Part shown: piece by piece, positions 1-12,544 of the stretch | Layout: every line of letters starts with the position of its first letter | How positions within the stretch are numbered: the stretch's first letter is position 1 | Source of the DNA: Squalus acanthias | Taxonomy: Eukaryota | NCBI GenBank assembly: GCA_030390025.1 | Contig: CM059432.1 | Coordinates: 16,246,001-16,310,000 of the forward strand | DNA length: 64,000 nucleotides | Reading direction: 5' to 3' | Translations under genes and position numbers: made by a program | The notes under the pieces: model-generated | What the model saw: the letters and a program-made list of their open reading frames with translations, nothing else | What the model was told of the DNA's origin: nothing | Databases searched by the model: none

Positions 1-899
1 ACAGAATCAATCTGTCGCTTGTGTTGCACTCTATTATGTGTGTGTGGAATTAAACTAGTAAATTCAGTCAGGTGGACCACAGAATCATTGGTGTGGGAAA
101 TGGAAATGTCACGCTGGAATCAGTAGAGGTGCTCTTCTAAGGTAGGGGAGAGTAGAGGAAGCTTCACTCTGGATGTGGCCCGGACGATATCTGAGCTGGG
201 ATAGTGAATCCAAAGGCATAAAATATTCCACTCTCCAGCACTGATATATTTTACCTCAATAGCTCAAAACGTCACCACTTCCACTAAACAGTAAGTTAAA
301 TTTTAAAAGAATTTTTGAGTGGTTACATTTTTTTCTGTACACTATACTATTAAGTCACCATAATACGTGCTGTCACTAGGGTGTACTGCGGAAACAATGC
401 CAAAGGCATAAATGAGTAAGTACGTGAACAAACTGTTCTCGAGCTGCCTCGAGTACAAACTTAATGGTGGTAAGGAAAGGAGCTAATGGTAATCATTGTG
501 CCTATAAAGGTGTCCCTCAAGTAAAAATTAGAAGCTCATGAATACTTTAATGAGGAATTGATCTATATAGTTGGTAAGTACCATGGCATCCGTTGAATGT
601 AGTGGCAATAGAGCTTAAAAATAATTGTATATAACATTTTCTTTTAATTTTATTGTTATAATTTACATGACATTTAACAGTCATAAATAATCTAAGTGAG
701 TTTTACTGCAGTACATCCCCTGATATAGAATCCATGGCTTACAGCTGGCACTCCAACCGAGAAATAATATGAAACATTCAGACTGCCAGGACCAACAGGC
801 CTTCATTAACGCCACTGCCTCCTCCTCAACTATTATGTAATTGCACACATTGTACATCATTGGCAGGAACCTTCCATTTAATTCAGCTGCTCAAAGCAT

Positions 900-1195
900 C
901 ATAGAATCATAGAATGGTTACAGCACGGAAGAAGGCTGTTCGGCCCGTCGAGCCCGTACCGGCTCTCTGCAAGAGCACCTCAGCTAGTCCCACTCCCCCC
1001 CCCCCCCCCCCACACCGCCCTTTCCCCGCAGCCCTGCGAATGTTTTTCTTCCAGGTACCTATCCAACTCCCTTTTGAAAGGCGTGATTGAATCTGCCTCC
1101 ACCACCCTTTCAGGCAGTGCATTCCAGATCCTAACCACTCGCTGAGTAAAAAAAGTTTTTTCTTATGTCGCCTTTGGTTCTTTTGCCAATCATCT
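900..1195 (-). mobile_element. CR1 LINE 3' end fragment
   Basis: Begins with ATAGAATCATAGAA (reverse complement of the CR1 TTCTATGA-type tail), followed by CR1-like 3'UTR and RT C-terminal sequence. Confidence 0.75.
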
Positions 1196-1767
1196 TGCAT
1201 TTAAGAGTAAAACAGATGTGATTTTCTTTACATGTTTTTCTTTGTATATTTTTGAGTCAACACAACAAAATTATCACGACTTTACAGAAGGAGCTTCACG
1301 GAACATCGAGATGGAAGTAGGAGAGAAACTAGAGGAGAACAAAAGCAAGGCCATGAGGTGTGTTTTTGGAAATTACATCCAAGAACTGGAGTTGAAATGT
1401 CCTCGTACACCACCCCAAAGTTTAAGATGTCACCTCCTCACTGGGTGGTGAAGAGGCCAAAAATGTAATTGGCAAAAGGCTGTTGAGAACCAAACTATTT
1501 GGGAGGACGGTGGGGGGGTCAAAGGTTTGTGATGCCTTCACTGTTAAATTTTGATGTAATCTGTATTAACAGGGCCGAGGATAGTGCACCCATTAGTTTG
1601 GCAATCCCTCAACCTCTGCATTAATTTCACAATTGCTGTTAAATGTTAGAACACATTTGAACTTCAAAATCTTAGCCTCTTTGTAACACAGAGCTCTTAC
1701 TTCAGCAGGTGTTTACATTCCAAAGATGTCCTCATAGAGATAGTCCAACGTACCAGAATGCAGACTG

Positions 1768-2172
1768 TTGAAGAGCAATCTCATTGAAACTTATAAAATT
1801 TTAACAGGACTAGACAGACTAGATGCAGGAAAGATGTTCCCGATGGCCGGGGAGTCCAGAACCAGGGGTCACAGTCTAAGGATAAGGGGTAGGCCATTCA
1901 GGACTGAGATGAGGAGGAATTTCTTCACCCAGAGAGTGGTGAACCTGTGGAATTCTCTACCACAGAAGGCAGTAGAGGCCAATTCATTAAATATATTCAA
2001 GAAGGAGTTAGATATATTTCTTAAAGCTAAAGGGATCAAGGGATATGGGGAGAGGGCAGGGACAGGGTACTGAATTTGGATGATCAGCCATGATCTCATT
2101 GAATGGCGGAGCAGGCTCGAGGGGCTGAATGGCCTGTTCCTGCTCCTATCTTCTATGTTTCTATGTTTCTAT
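1768..2172 (+). mobile_element. CR1 LINE 3' end fragment
   Basis: Translates LIETYKIL...SRTRGHSL...RRNFFTQRVVNLWNSLP; 3'UTR stem-loop GGAGCAGG...CCTGCTCC and (TTCTATGT)n tail. Confidence 0.92.
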
Positions 2173-3446
2173 GGACCTGGTTTGGATTGATACTTTGGTG
2201 ACTGGCAGTTTGAAGTGTGAATCACAGCAATGTAGAGCTTCCAAAACTGCACCATAAATTATTCACCGCTTGGCAGATAGGACTTTTTAAATTAATTTTT
2301 CTTTTGTCCCAAATTGTTGCTTGATGTTGAAAATTTGGTATAGAGGGAGAAGCTAACTACAGGGGTTGGGGAAAATTCCGAAAGGCAAAAGGATCAGACA
2401 CAGCATACAAGTGGAAAAGAAATGGCAAAGGATTAGAAATGGAAAGAAAAACGTTGACAATTGGAGAGTTGCTTTGCTTTTCCAACTTGCCCAATGTGGA
2501 CTAGCCCTGGAGGAGTGTGAAGTGAGTGTATTAACTGCTACATTATTGATTCACAGTAAAATATGGTACCATGTTTCTCCAATTAGACCCAACAGAAAAG
2601 ACTGGTTTTACAAATGTGCATGATCAGAGGGGAGCCTCACCTCCCAACTGTGCATATCAGTAAATCACGGTATGCTGGCCACAACCATCTGTCCATTAAT
2701 GAGTCACCAGTGGGAGAGGCTCTCTGCTGATAGAATGCATTTGTAAAATTGGTCCTTATGTGTCAACATGATGAGCAATTAGGATGAAGAGTTTTCAGAA
2801 GTCTATTAATGACTACTTACAGCTACTCAATACATTTGTTGAAAAGATCTATAATTTTCTCAAATAGACCACGGAATTATTTTGTTATTGCTATAGTACT
2901 GTTGAGAATGGTTAGTTTTAGTCACTTATTCCAGTATCATAGGAACACACCGTCATTTGAATTATGGTCTGTCCTCCAGACACCTATAAAGAGTAGGAAA
3001 TGATTCTTCAGGAAATGCAAAGCTGTCAAGATTTATTTCCTGAGGCAAATGGATCTGAGGCCACAGAGCCAACGAAGATAATGTAGCAAACTACTAAAAT
3101 AAGACGCATTGTGTAGGAAAGTGACCAATATCAATCTATCCAGGAACAGTTCATTCACGTTTCATTGAACCTACAGTATTTATTTTACTGGACCTGCATG
3201 GAAAATTATAAAGACGTAAAAGTGCATGCATTACTTATTTCATAAATTCTATTAAATACAAGTCACAAAAATAATATTCTTTACATTAATAAACATTAAT
3301 ATAGAATTTTTTAAATTGCTGGTACCAACAGGCCTTCAATGGATTAGCTGAGTAAATTAATGAGGAAGTGGATTTCTAATTATGCAGTGGGCACTGGAAT
3401 TCAATGGATGCTAACAAGGACAGGAATGATAGAAACGCAAGGCTTA

Positions 3447-3947
3447 AGCCCGAAGTTTAACCCTATCCGCCCAGCAGAAATGGGGCGGGTGAGCGGTTAA
3501 AATCACAGGAATCCACTTGGCGCACCACTCCCGCCCTGCACTCCACGAGCAGCGTCGCGTCATTGCAGGCCTCCTCCCCTGATTAAAGAGGAAGGGCCTA
3601 GCGCTGCGCGCACCGGGAGTGCAAGAGGAATGCCGGGCTGAGCGCTCGCGGCCGGCACCCCGCATACAAAAACGAAAAAGCTGGCAGGTGCTGGCAGTCA
3701 GCCAAAATAAAAATGGCCGCCCGACACCTGCCCTTTAACTTGCGCCGCTGCCGCTGCCAAACCGCCCCCTGATCCTGTCGCACATATCGTCCGGCGATAG
3801 GTCAGGGGCCGCAAAGGAAGTTTATGGCCAGGGCGCTGACATCATTGCCAGCAGCTTGGGGCACTACCAGCTACCACCGCCACTAACCTCCCGCTGAATT
3901 TCGGGGACGCTAACGAGAGGCGCAAACCAAACCCAATTTTTTCCCCC
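3447..3947. mobile_element. GC/CpG-rich non-autonomous DNA transposon relic (PIF/Harbinger-like)
   Basis: Isolated CpG-rich block ending in CCCAATTTTTTCCCC, resembling the termini of other MITEs in this window; left end degenerate. Confidence 0.4.
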
Positions 3948-4300
3948 ATAAAATTCTGAAAGGGCTTGACAGGGTAGATGCTGAGAGGTTGTTTCCTCTG
4001 ACTTAAGAGTCTAGAACTAGGGGGCATAGTCCCAGGATAAGGGGTTGGCCATTTAGGACAGAGATGAGGAGGAATTTCTTCACTCAGAGGGTGGTGAATC
4101 TTTGGAATTCTCTACTCCAGAGGGCTGCGGATGAGTATATTCAAGACTGAGATCGCTAGATTTTTGGACTCTGTAAGGGAATCAAGGGATATGGGGATCG
4201 GGCAGGAAAGTGGAGTTGAGGTTGAAGATCAGCCATGATCTTATTGAATGGTGGAGCAGGCTCAAAGGGCCTGCTCCTGCTCCTATCTCTTATGTTCTTA
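3948..4300 (+). mobile_element. CR1 LINE 3' end fragment
   Basis: Same RT C-terminal/3'UTR sequence as 1768-2172, ending TCTTATGTTCTTA. Confidence 0.88.
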
Positions 4301-5934
4301 GGAGGCTAGCCTGGAGGTTGGTGGGTGGGGGGTGAGGTAAGGGCAGCACGTGATATATTCCAGTAAGCCACAGTACAGTGATAAGAGGTCTCTGTTCAAC
4401 CCTTGGGTCTTACTACGTTTACCTAGATATTGGGCAGCAGTGATGCTGAATTCAAAGAAAGTATCGATTGTAAAAACTCAAAAATGTAACAATCTCTTGT
4501 ATCAGCTCAGTCTCAAAAAATGTTCAGAAAGGAACGCTCTTTGTCCTGCCATTATCGAGAAACCATATGACACTGTCCCATCTTCGCTGGGGCAGAACTG
4601 AAAGCCTTTGAAACTCAATTGTGGTGCGGAAAGCGCAAGGAAAATATGGAACGCAGCTGTGGATTTGTCTCCAGACACAGAGCTAATGAGCAGATATCAC
4701 TGGATTTCCAAGCAGTTGAAACATAAATAAACGTTTTGCTTCAGTAACGCATGTGTGTGATTGTGGTGGAGAGAGGAGAACCATCTTGATAAACATGTGT
4801 GCACACAAAGCTTCCAACTAAAAGCAACGTGGTTTTGAAAATGATTGTAATTGGCAGGAAACAAGTTGCGTGTGACGTTTCTCGAAGTTTTCGTTTTTCA
4901 GATCAGCATCACTTTGATCAGAGCCACAGGTCACTTCAAGTAAGCTGCATTGAAGGTTGTGGCCCACATCCCGACAAACAACTCCCAGATCTGCAACTCA
5001 TTGATCCTTGGGCTGTGAGCGAAGAGCCAGAGAACGCGGTTTTAAGTTTAGGAAGCGTCAGGCAAGACTTGAGCTGAGAAGAAATGTTGCTCTCACAGAG
5101 TTGCTGCATGTGGGAGGTTTATCCAGCGGAACGGCATTGTTACACGGGTTGACGTGTTCGTGCATCGGGTTAAAGAGGGTACAAGTTAACATCAGTTGTT
5201 TCTGGCATCAGAATGAGGTCTCTAAGGCTGTTGGAAAAGACCCCAATTAAACCTATTAACTGAGGGTGATTTATTAAATAGATCACAATATAGTTTCCGC
5301 AGAGATCTGCCGCCTATAAGTCCAGCTCAGAACCAGCATTAAAGAAATGAAGTTTTCATCAAACTCAGCAAAGCATAGTGACATTGACAATTTTCCTTTG
5401 GCAGCTGCCATCGTCCTTTCAGATGAAGACCGGGGACAAATGGAAGGTTCAAAAAAATCTTATTGCCACTGATTTTTGATAAAGGAATCTCTACTGCCAA
5501 GGTTGAAAACACCATGTACAAGCCTATCTGATCCCACATCACATGCGTACACCCAACACTCATAAGAAACGTCATAGCTAGTTAAACGTTACAGAATAAA
5601 CCATCGGTCATAGCTAAGCATGTCTTTATCTTGTGTCACACCGGCAAAGATTACCATTAGGCATCTGGAAATCCACGCAGCAAAGAGGATACCAGCGAAG
5701 ATAATAATCTTTTTCAAATTGCAGATTTTGCATGAGCAAAATACGTTCTTACTGTTTGCATTTCATGATCTGTGTAAACCATGCACTTTTCACTCTGTGA
5801 GTATGCGCCTTTGGTAAGAGGACTTCAAAACGTCCCCTCTGCTCCTCTTCTAGTCCCGAAAGGACATAAATCATCATGTTCACGCCATCAACTGGAAAAC
5901 ACAAATGTAATTTATCACTTATTCCTGTTTTAGG

Positions 5935-6200
5935 AGCATAAGAACATAAGACGTAGGAGCAGGAGTAGGTCATTTGGCCCCTCGAGCCTGCTCCGCCATT
6001 CAATAAGATCGTGGCTGATCTGATCTTGGCCTCAACTCCACTTCCCTGCCCGCTCCCCATAACCCTTGACTCCCTTATCGTTCAAAAATCTGTCTATCTC
6101 CACCTTAAATATATTCAATGACCCAGCCTCCACAGCTCTCTGGGGAAGAGAATTCTAAAGATTCACGACCCTCTGAGAGAAGAAATTCCTCCTCATTTCC
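5935..6200 (-). mobile_element. CR1 LINE 3' end fragment
   Basis: CATAAGAACATAAG tail and GGAGCAGGAGTAGG...CCTGCTCC stem-loop in reverse orientation. Confidence 0.88.
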
Positions 6201-6437
6201 GAGCATTCAAGTTTGCTAATAGATACCAAATAAGAATTTTAGGATAATAAAGAGTAAAATGCTCCATTCTCAATGGCTGTGCCATGTTTTACTAAGCACA
6301 AATGTATTTTTTCTACTTATTTATTTTTAATGTTGCAACAGTGACTATACTTCAAAAGTACATCATTGGTTGTGAAGTGCTTTGGGATGTCCTGAGATGG
6401 TGAGGCGCTATATAAATGCAAGGTCTTTCTTTTCTTA

Positions 6438-6583
6438 TGATGTGGAGATGCCGGCGTTGGACTGGGGTGGACAAAAATGAGAAGTCGCACAACACCAGGT
6501 TATAGTCCAACTAAATTATAGTTATAGTAAAATTAAATAAATCTGTTGGACTATAACCTGGTGTTGTGCGACTTCTCATTTTT
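6438..6583. mobile_element. Penelope-derived fold-back mini-element (no hammerhead core)
   Basis: 39-bp inverted arms 6473-6511/6545-6583 matching the repeat at 34704-34830 and 42585-42802; TTTCTTTTCTTA duplicated at 6426-6437 and 6583-6594. Confidence 0.75.
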
Positions 6584-7729
6584 TTCTTTTCTTACTATTT
6601 GATTGCAGAACTTTTTAATGTAAATGAGAAATCACTGTTTGTGTTTGTTGCATTCAAGTATTGTGCTAAAAGTATTGTTTACTCACACCCGCCTTTGTCT
6701 CAGATAAGTGCTCTAGAAATTGGAAGCAGTGCTCATGTATCACATGAACAGGTGCCAGCTGCATTTGAATAGCAAACACCAACGTCAGCTTTGGTTGCTG
6801 TGAAGTCGAGCAACACAACACATGTCTTCCTATGTTGGGAGAATTTTCCATTTGGAATTAAGTCGTGCTACTTGGGCAATATGCAAATAATTACTGTCCT
6901 CACTTATCCTGGATAGAGATTAAACATAAAATAGTTTCCATCGTATTAAAGCAGCTGGTTGACAGCTCCAGTGTGCCACAGCCATACTTCACATGGAAGA
7001 TCAGAACTCCTTTATTTTTCTGTAGTTTTCTTGTTCTTTTCAGATTCGAGAAATCCTTACTGGGTATTTTAAGGTAGTGTAGTTATTTAGTACAGAGCAT
7101 ACAGCATGGACTCAGTGACAAAGCGTTGTCTTGATTGGCTATGTCCAGGTTGCATTAAGTTCTTTTTTATCAATACACACCAAAGCCCAAATCTTACAAG
7201 CCTTGCTGGTGGTAGGTGTCCAATTCACAGCGCATCAAGAAAGCAAACCTAATCCTAAATTCACTACTACCATTACTCACATGAGGGCCCATGCTGACAT
7301 TCTCAATTTTGGCCAAGGGAGCACCCAGCACGCATCTCACTGGGGTAAAATCGATGCACGACAGCTCAACGGGCTCAGCCAGCCTTAGGTTAACCCTTAA
7401 GGTTGCTGTTGTTTGAGTTCATGGTGAGCTAAAGCTTTTTTTGCCAGCAAGTATTTATCTACTTCTGCAATTAATATCTTGCATAGCTTTCAAGCCCTGT
7501 GCATTTTGGCATTTTGCAAATGTCCACAGTTCGGTAGGCTAGGCTTTCCTCTGGTGTTGCCAGCTGTTGATATGTTACAGGTTGCAGCTAATGAAGTTGG
7601 GAAGGTGAGAATCCCTTTGGAGGGTTCCCATTATGCTGCATGAATTTGACAGGGATGATTCATGAGCAGACAAACTCTTCAGCTTCAAAGATACCTCAGT
7701 CGGTATGTTTGCTCCCATCAATACCCAAG

Positions 7730-7960
7730 CATCTGTCTTTTCAGCCATGACACTCTTACCCAAGTATGCCAGAGAAGCATGTCTTTGTCGCCCTCACTTC
7801 ACCGCGGATGAAGTAACTGAACTGTGCCATCTGCTGTGAGTTGACCTACAGACAACCCCAAGGACTGGGGTGGCTCTTCCCATAGCTCCAAAAGTCACAA
7901 AGGCATTGAGCTTCTATGCAATGAGATCCTTCCAGGAAACCATATCTGCCAGGTAAGCCT
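7730..7960 (+). pseudogene. Decayed PIF/Harbinger (HARBI1-like) transposase N-terminal fragment
   Basis: Hand translation HFTADEVTELCHLL*VDLQTTPRTGVALPIAPKVTKALSFYAMRSFQ resembles the HARBI1-family segment ending FYxxGSFQ; in-frame stop. Confidence 0.65.
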
Positions 7961-8094
7961 GTCTGCAATTCCTACTTCTAAAAAGCAAGTGACTGGTGCC
8001 TTGTTTGCCAGAGGAAATATCTTTATCACTTTCTCGGTGGAAAGGAGACATCAACTGAAAAGGGTGCAGAACTTTTACCATCATCTGAGTTGAA

Positions 8095-8568
8095 GGTGTC
8101 AGCTGTGGCTCAGTGGGTAGCACTCTCACCTCTGCGTCGGAAGATTGAGGGTTCAAAGTCCCAATCCAGAGACTTGAGCACAAAAATCTAGGCTGACACT
8201 CCAGTGCGGTGCTGAGGGAGTGCTGCACTGTCAGAGGTGCCGTCTTTCGGATAAGATGTTAAACCAAGGCCTTGTCTGCTCTCTCAGGTGGACGTAAAAG
8301 ATCCCATGGCACTATTTCGAAGAAGAGCAGGGGAGTTATCCCTGGTGTCCTGGCCGATATTTATCCCTCAATCAGCGTCACTAAAACAGATTATCTGGTC
8401 ATTATCACATTGCTGTTTGTGGGAGCTTGCTGTGTGCAAATTGGCTGCCGCATTTCCTACATTACAACACTGACTACACTTCAAAAAGTACTTCATTGGC
8501 TGTAAAGCGCTTTGGGAGGTCCTCAGGTCATGAAAGGCGCTATATAAATGCAAGTCTTTCTTTCTTTC
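8095..8568 (+). mobile_element. tRNA-derived Deu-domain SINE (SacSINE1-like), full length
   Basis: A box TGGCTCAGTGGG, B box GGTTCAAAGTCC, central block GCTGTTTGTGGGAGCTTGCTGTG, L2-like tail GCGCTATATAAATGCAAGT(CTTT)n; many copies in the window. Confidence 0.8.
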
Positions 8569-9139
8569 TCACCACTGTCAGGAAGTTGTAGGTTTAAGGC
8601 CCAGTAGAGCATTTGAGAATTTTATCTCGTTGATAGTTCAATGCAATATTATGGAATGCTGTGTTGGCAGCGGTGATTTCTTTTAGATGATATGTTAAGT
8701 CAAGGCCCCATCTTCCCGTTCAGGCAGATGTAAAAACCTCCTGATTTTTTTTGATTCACTCTCAGGATGTGGGCGCGCTGGCAAGGCTGGGATTTATTGC
8801 CCATCCCTAGTTGCCATCCTCAGCTGCCAAGCTCCGGGATTGGTGCCATCCAGGACCTGCCTACAAATCAATGCTAGTTTTTTGAGCAGTCTGTGGAGTC
8901 ATGTGACAGTATGCAAATCACACCAGGGAGGTGTGATAGTATCGAGAAATCCACAATAGCTCCATTAGCCATATCTGTGCGTTGGTGTTTGACCACGTCA
9001 CAGAACTGCAGTCCAGCCTAGAACATGTGGCACCTCCAGGGTCATCTGCAGCGAGCCCCCCCCCTCAGCTGTAGATTCTCTCAGGAATGTCTTAGCTGAT
9101 GCTATTGAGACCTCGGGCGTCAAAGTCCTGAGTGTAACA

Positions 9140-9335
9140 ACAACAGAAAACACTGGAAAAACTCAGCAGGCCAGGCAACATCCGTGGAGAGAGAAACAGA
9201 GTTAACGTTTCAGGTCGGAGACCCTTCGTCAGAACTGAGAAAAAAGCAGGAAATGAAACAGATAAAAAAGCAAGTGGGAGGCTGGTGGGGGGGCAATAAA
9301 AGAACAAAAGGGGGAGGTCTGTGATAAGTAGAGAC
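9140..9335 (-). mobile_element. Penelope-like element terminal fragment
   Basis: Homologous to 28440-28640 (opposite strand) and 59290-59420; contains a hammerhead motif. Confidence 0.7.
9200..9236 (-). ncRNA. Minimal type I hammerhead ribozyme motif
   Basis: Minus strand AGUU-CUGACGA-A-GGGUC-UCC-GACCU-GAAA-CGUU-AACU: conserved core, helix I AGUU/AACU, helix II, palindromic AACGUU helix III. Confidence 0.7.
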
Positions 9336-10989
9336 ATTAAGAGATGCTCAAGGCAAGTCCTGAGTGTGTTCTGGTGTGGAGAGATTTACCAGGCCCAGGG
9401 ATTCATCTGGACAGTAACATGTTCGAGGTATCAATGACCACATTGCAACAATGCAATCTACTCCTACACAGATGGCTGAACATGCAGATGGAGAACCTAG
9501 CAGCAGGGGCACAGCATCAGTAGGCACAGATGAGGGATCTGTCTCTCAAGGCAATTCTACATCGATGCCGTTCAGTTGCTCTCCTCAAATGGCCCATTCA
9601 GAGTCAGACAGTGGGCAGGGTCAGGCAAAGGCCATAGTAGCAGGCATGGTGCCAGGAGCTGCAGGGCCATCTTATGACCAACACAAGAAGGCAAAGAACC
9701 CAACACTCAGTGATATCCAGCAACCAGCCAGCAACCTCCTCACCCCCTCACCCCACTTTATTTTACCAGTATTTGTAACCAAACAGCAACAAAACAGGAG
9801 AAATAAGTACAAAATGCCCATTAGCGGAGTTCCATGAGAAATCCTATTTTTTCGAAGCAATTTACATGGTATGATGATGTACAACTTCTTTATCTAGCTA
9901 TGCCAACAATACAATGCGGTTGATAAGGAGAATCAATTCGAGTCCTGGAGGGCTGTGCTTTTCCACTGTCTCTCAGATTGTCGACAGGAACTGATGAATA
10001 AACACGATTGTTCTTGGCAGAAGTCAGCGGTTAATCTCATGTGTACCAAAAGGACAAGGACATAGACGTCAGATACACACTAGAAACCATCGCACACGCA
10101 CAGGAAATGAAAACAATTAGTAAGTAAAATGTTAAGGTCCATTCCATAACATGACTGTCAGGGAGCAGCTGATCAAAGAATATAAACTTCCAGGTTTATT
10201 CAAATGTTGCAACTTCCAATTGTAAACACATTTCAAATTCTTAAAGAAGCAGGACAGTTGCTAAAGTGATCTGCTTACAAACGTACCAATCAGACTGGTG
10301 TTTAAGAAAATTATAAAAGACACTGTTGTAAGTATTGTAATGGCAAGACTTAATCATGCACTTATTTTAGAAGCAAACCATTTTTTTTCTTGTTTATATT
10401 CCATGATATTAAGCGTTGATTAAATTTGCAACTGAATTGCTTCAGTGCAAACAGCCTTGCATAAGTATCGTCCCAAGGACATAAAGGGAGATAAGCCAGA
10501 AGCACGGACACAGATTTCTTATTTGTGAATTCTGATTATTATTAGGGGATTAAGTCTGCAGGCTTCCCTCTGAGCAAGAGGTAGCGTGCCTTTAAAGGAG
10601 TGCAGCAGAGAGTTTTAAAGAGAGAAAGTGTGCTTCGCCGTGGCGGAAAGCAGAGACCGAATTTTGTACCTGGAATTTTTATGTTAGAAACAATATTCTC
10701 CGTTGTCATAAATGTAACTACTGGCCCTGGATGAATTAATTGTACTTCTCTCTTCCAATTTAAGGTTGTTTAGATCTGCAAGGAAACTATCGTATTCTAC
10801 AGAAAACACAAAATCATTTTCTGTTAAAAGAAAGCCACTTTCAGAATTATTTTGTACACTATTGATGTTGTCTCTTACACAAACACTGTTACTGAGATCT
10901 TTTCTCTAAGCGCCATTACTAATCTCTATTGCACAAGCACTATTATTGATCTCTCCATTGCACGCGCATTAATAATGACCTTTCATGTG

Positions 10990-11629
10990 CAAACCAGCCA
11001 CATAAATACTGTGGCAACAAGAGCAGGTCAGAGGCTAGGTATTCTGCGGCGAGTGTCTCACCTCCTGACTCCCCAAAGCCTTTCCACCATCTACAAGGCT
11101 CAAGTAAGGGGTGTGATGGAATACTCTCCACTTGCCTGGGTGAGTGCAGCTCCAACAACACTCAAGAAGCTCGACACCATCCAGGACAAAGCAGCCGCTT
11201 GATTGGCACTCCATCCACCACCTTAAACATTCACTCCCTCCACCACCGTGTACCATGGCTGCAGTGTGTACCATTTACAAGATGCACTGCAGCAACTCAC
11301 CAAGGCTTCTTCGGCAGCATCTCCCAAACCCGCGACCTCTTCCACCTAGAAGGACAAGGGCAGCAGGCGCATGGGAACACCACCACCTCCAAGTTCCCCT
11401 CCAAGTCACACACCATCCTGACTTGGAAATATATCGCCGATCCTTCATCGACGCTGGGTCAAAATCCTGGAACTCCCTCCCTAACAGCACTGTGGGAGTA
11501 CCTTCACCACACGGACTGCAGCGGTTCAAGAAGGCGGCTCACCACCACCTTCTCAAGGGCAATTAGGGATGGGCAATAAATGCTGGCCTTGCCAGCGATG
11601 CCCACATCCCATAAACGAATAAAAAAAAA
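10990..11629 (+). mobile_element. CR1-clade (non-canonical) LINE 3' fragment with A tail
   Basis: RAGQRLGILRRV...IYKAQVRGVMEYSPLAW and SWNSLPNSTV RT C-terminal motifs with frameshifts; ends CCACATCCCATAAACGAATAAAAAAAAA; same family as 43803-45318 and 56087-56676. Confidence 0.8.
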
Positions 11630-12544
11630 TACTATTCCTGATTTCCATTATATAAACACAATTCCCATTCTTGATTAATATTATTGATATCTTTATTGTA
11701 CAACCAATATTATTGAGCTCTCCTGCACAATCATTATTATTGATCTCTCCTGCACTAGCCATTATTGCTGATGGCTCTTGAATAAAAGAAACAAGAAAGG
11801 CTTGCATTTATAGAGCGCCCTTCACAAACCGAAGATGTCCCAAAGCGCTTTACAGCCAATTAAGTAGTTTTTGAAGTGTAGCCACTAGCACTGTTACTGA
11901 TTTCTGTTGCACAAACCACAGCCTGACTCCTTCACTTCATGACATTCTTGGCTGCCTGAATGGTCTGCATTTCAATGAACTAACAAAATCCACGTGTGTG
12001 CGAATGAACAAAGCCACCCAGGACTTTTCTTCACCTCTGCTGTGATGCTTTTACCGACAGCATGGCTTGTGTGATTTTTATCAATCCTCCAAAGTAAATC
12101 CTTTCAACCCTGCTTGCAGAAGCTGAACTCACTTGTGATTCTAGTACCACTCACTCAAGCTCTCCATTTTCAACTATGGCAGCTACCTCTGCCTGAGCAA
12201 GTCTCTGTACGCAGCTCTTTATCATTTTCTAGCCCCAATTTTGGAAGACTCCACTGGCAATGTGGGGTCTCGCCACCAGTGAGCATAGGTGGGGACATCA
12301 GATGCACAGGCTAACATGCCTAATTCCCAGGATGATGCACTTCACAATGAAGAATAAAGCCTGGTTTTGCCAGCTGCATGATGACTAGCACAAGCCTCAT
12401 TACAGCTATGAAGGGTGTCCAAATGGGTCCAGTGCTTGATTTAGCGGCTTTTCACTACCTCATAGCCAATAGCACTGCTTGCCCGTATGAAATGGACACA
12501 TCAGTATGTGGATGGTGTGGTCTGCAGGATTTGGTTTCTTAAAC

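Noticed and set aside
1218..1451. Short purine-rich ORF with exon-like flanks
   Set aside because: No homology recognised and weak splice sites.
9451..9837. 128-aa Ser/Gly/Ala-rich ATG ORF
   Set aside because: Low complexity with no domain; possibly a decayed transposon accessory ORF, but unsupported.
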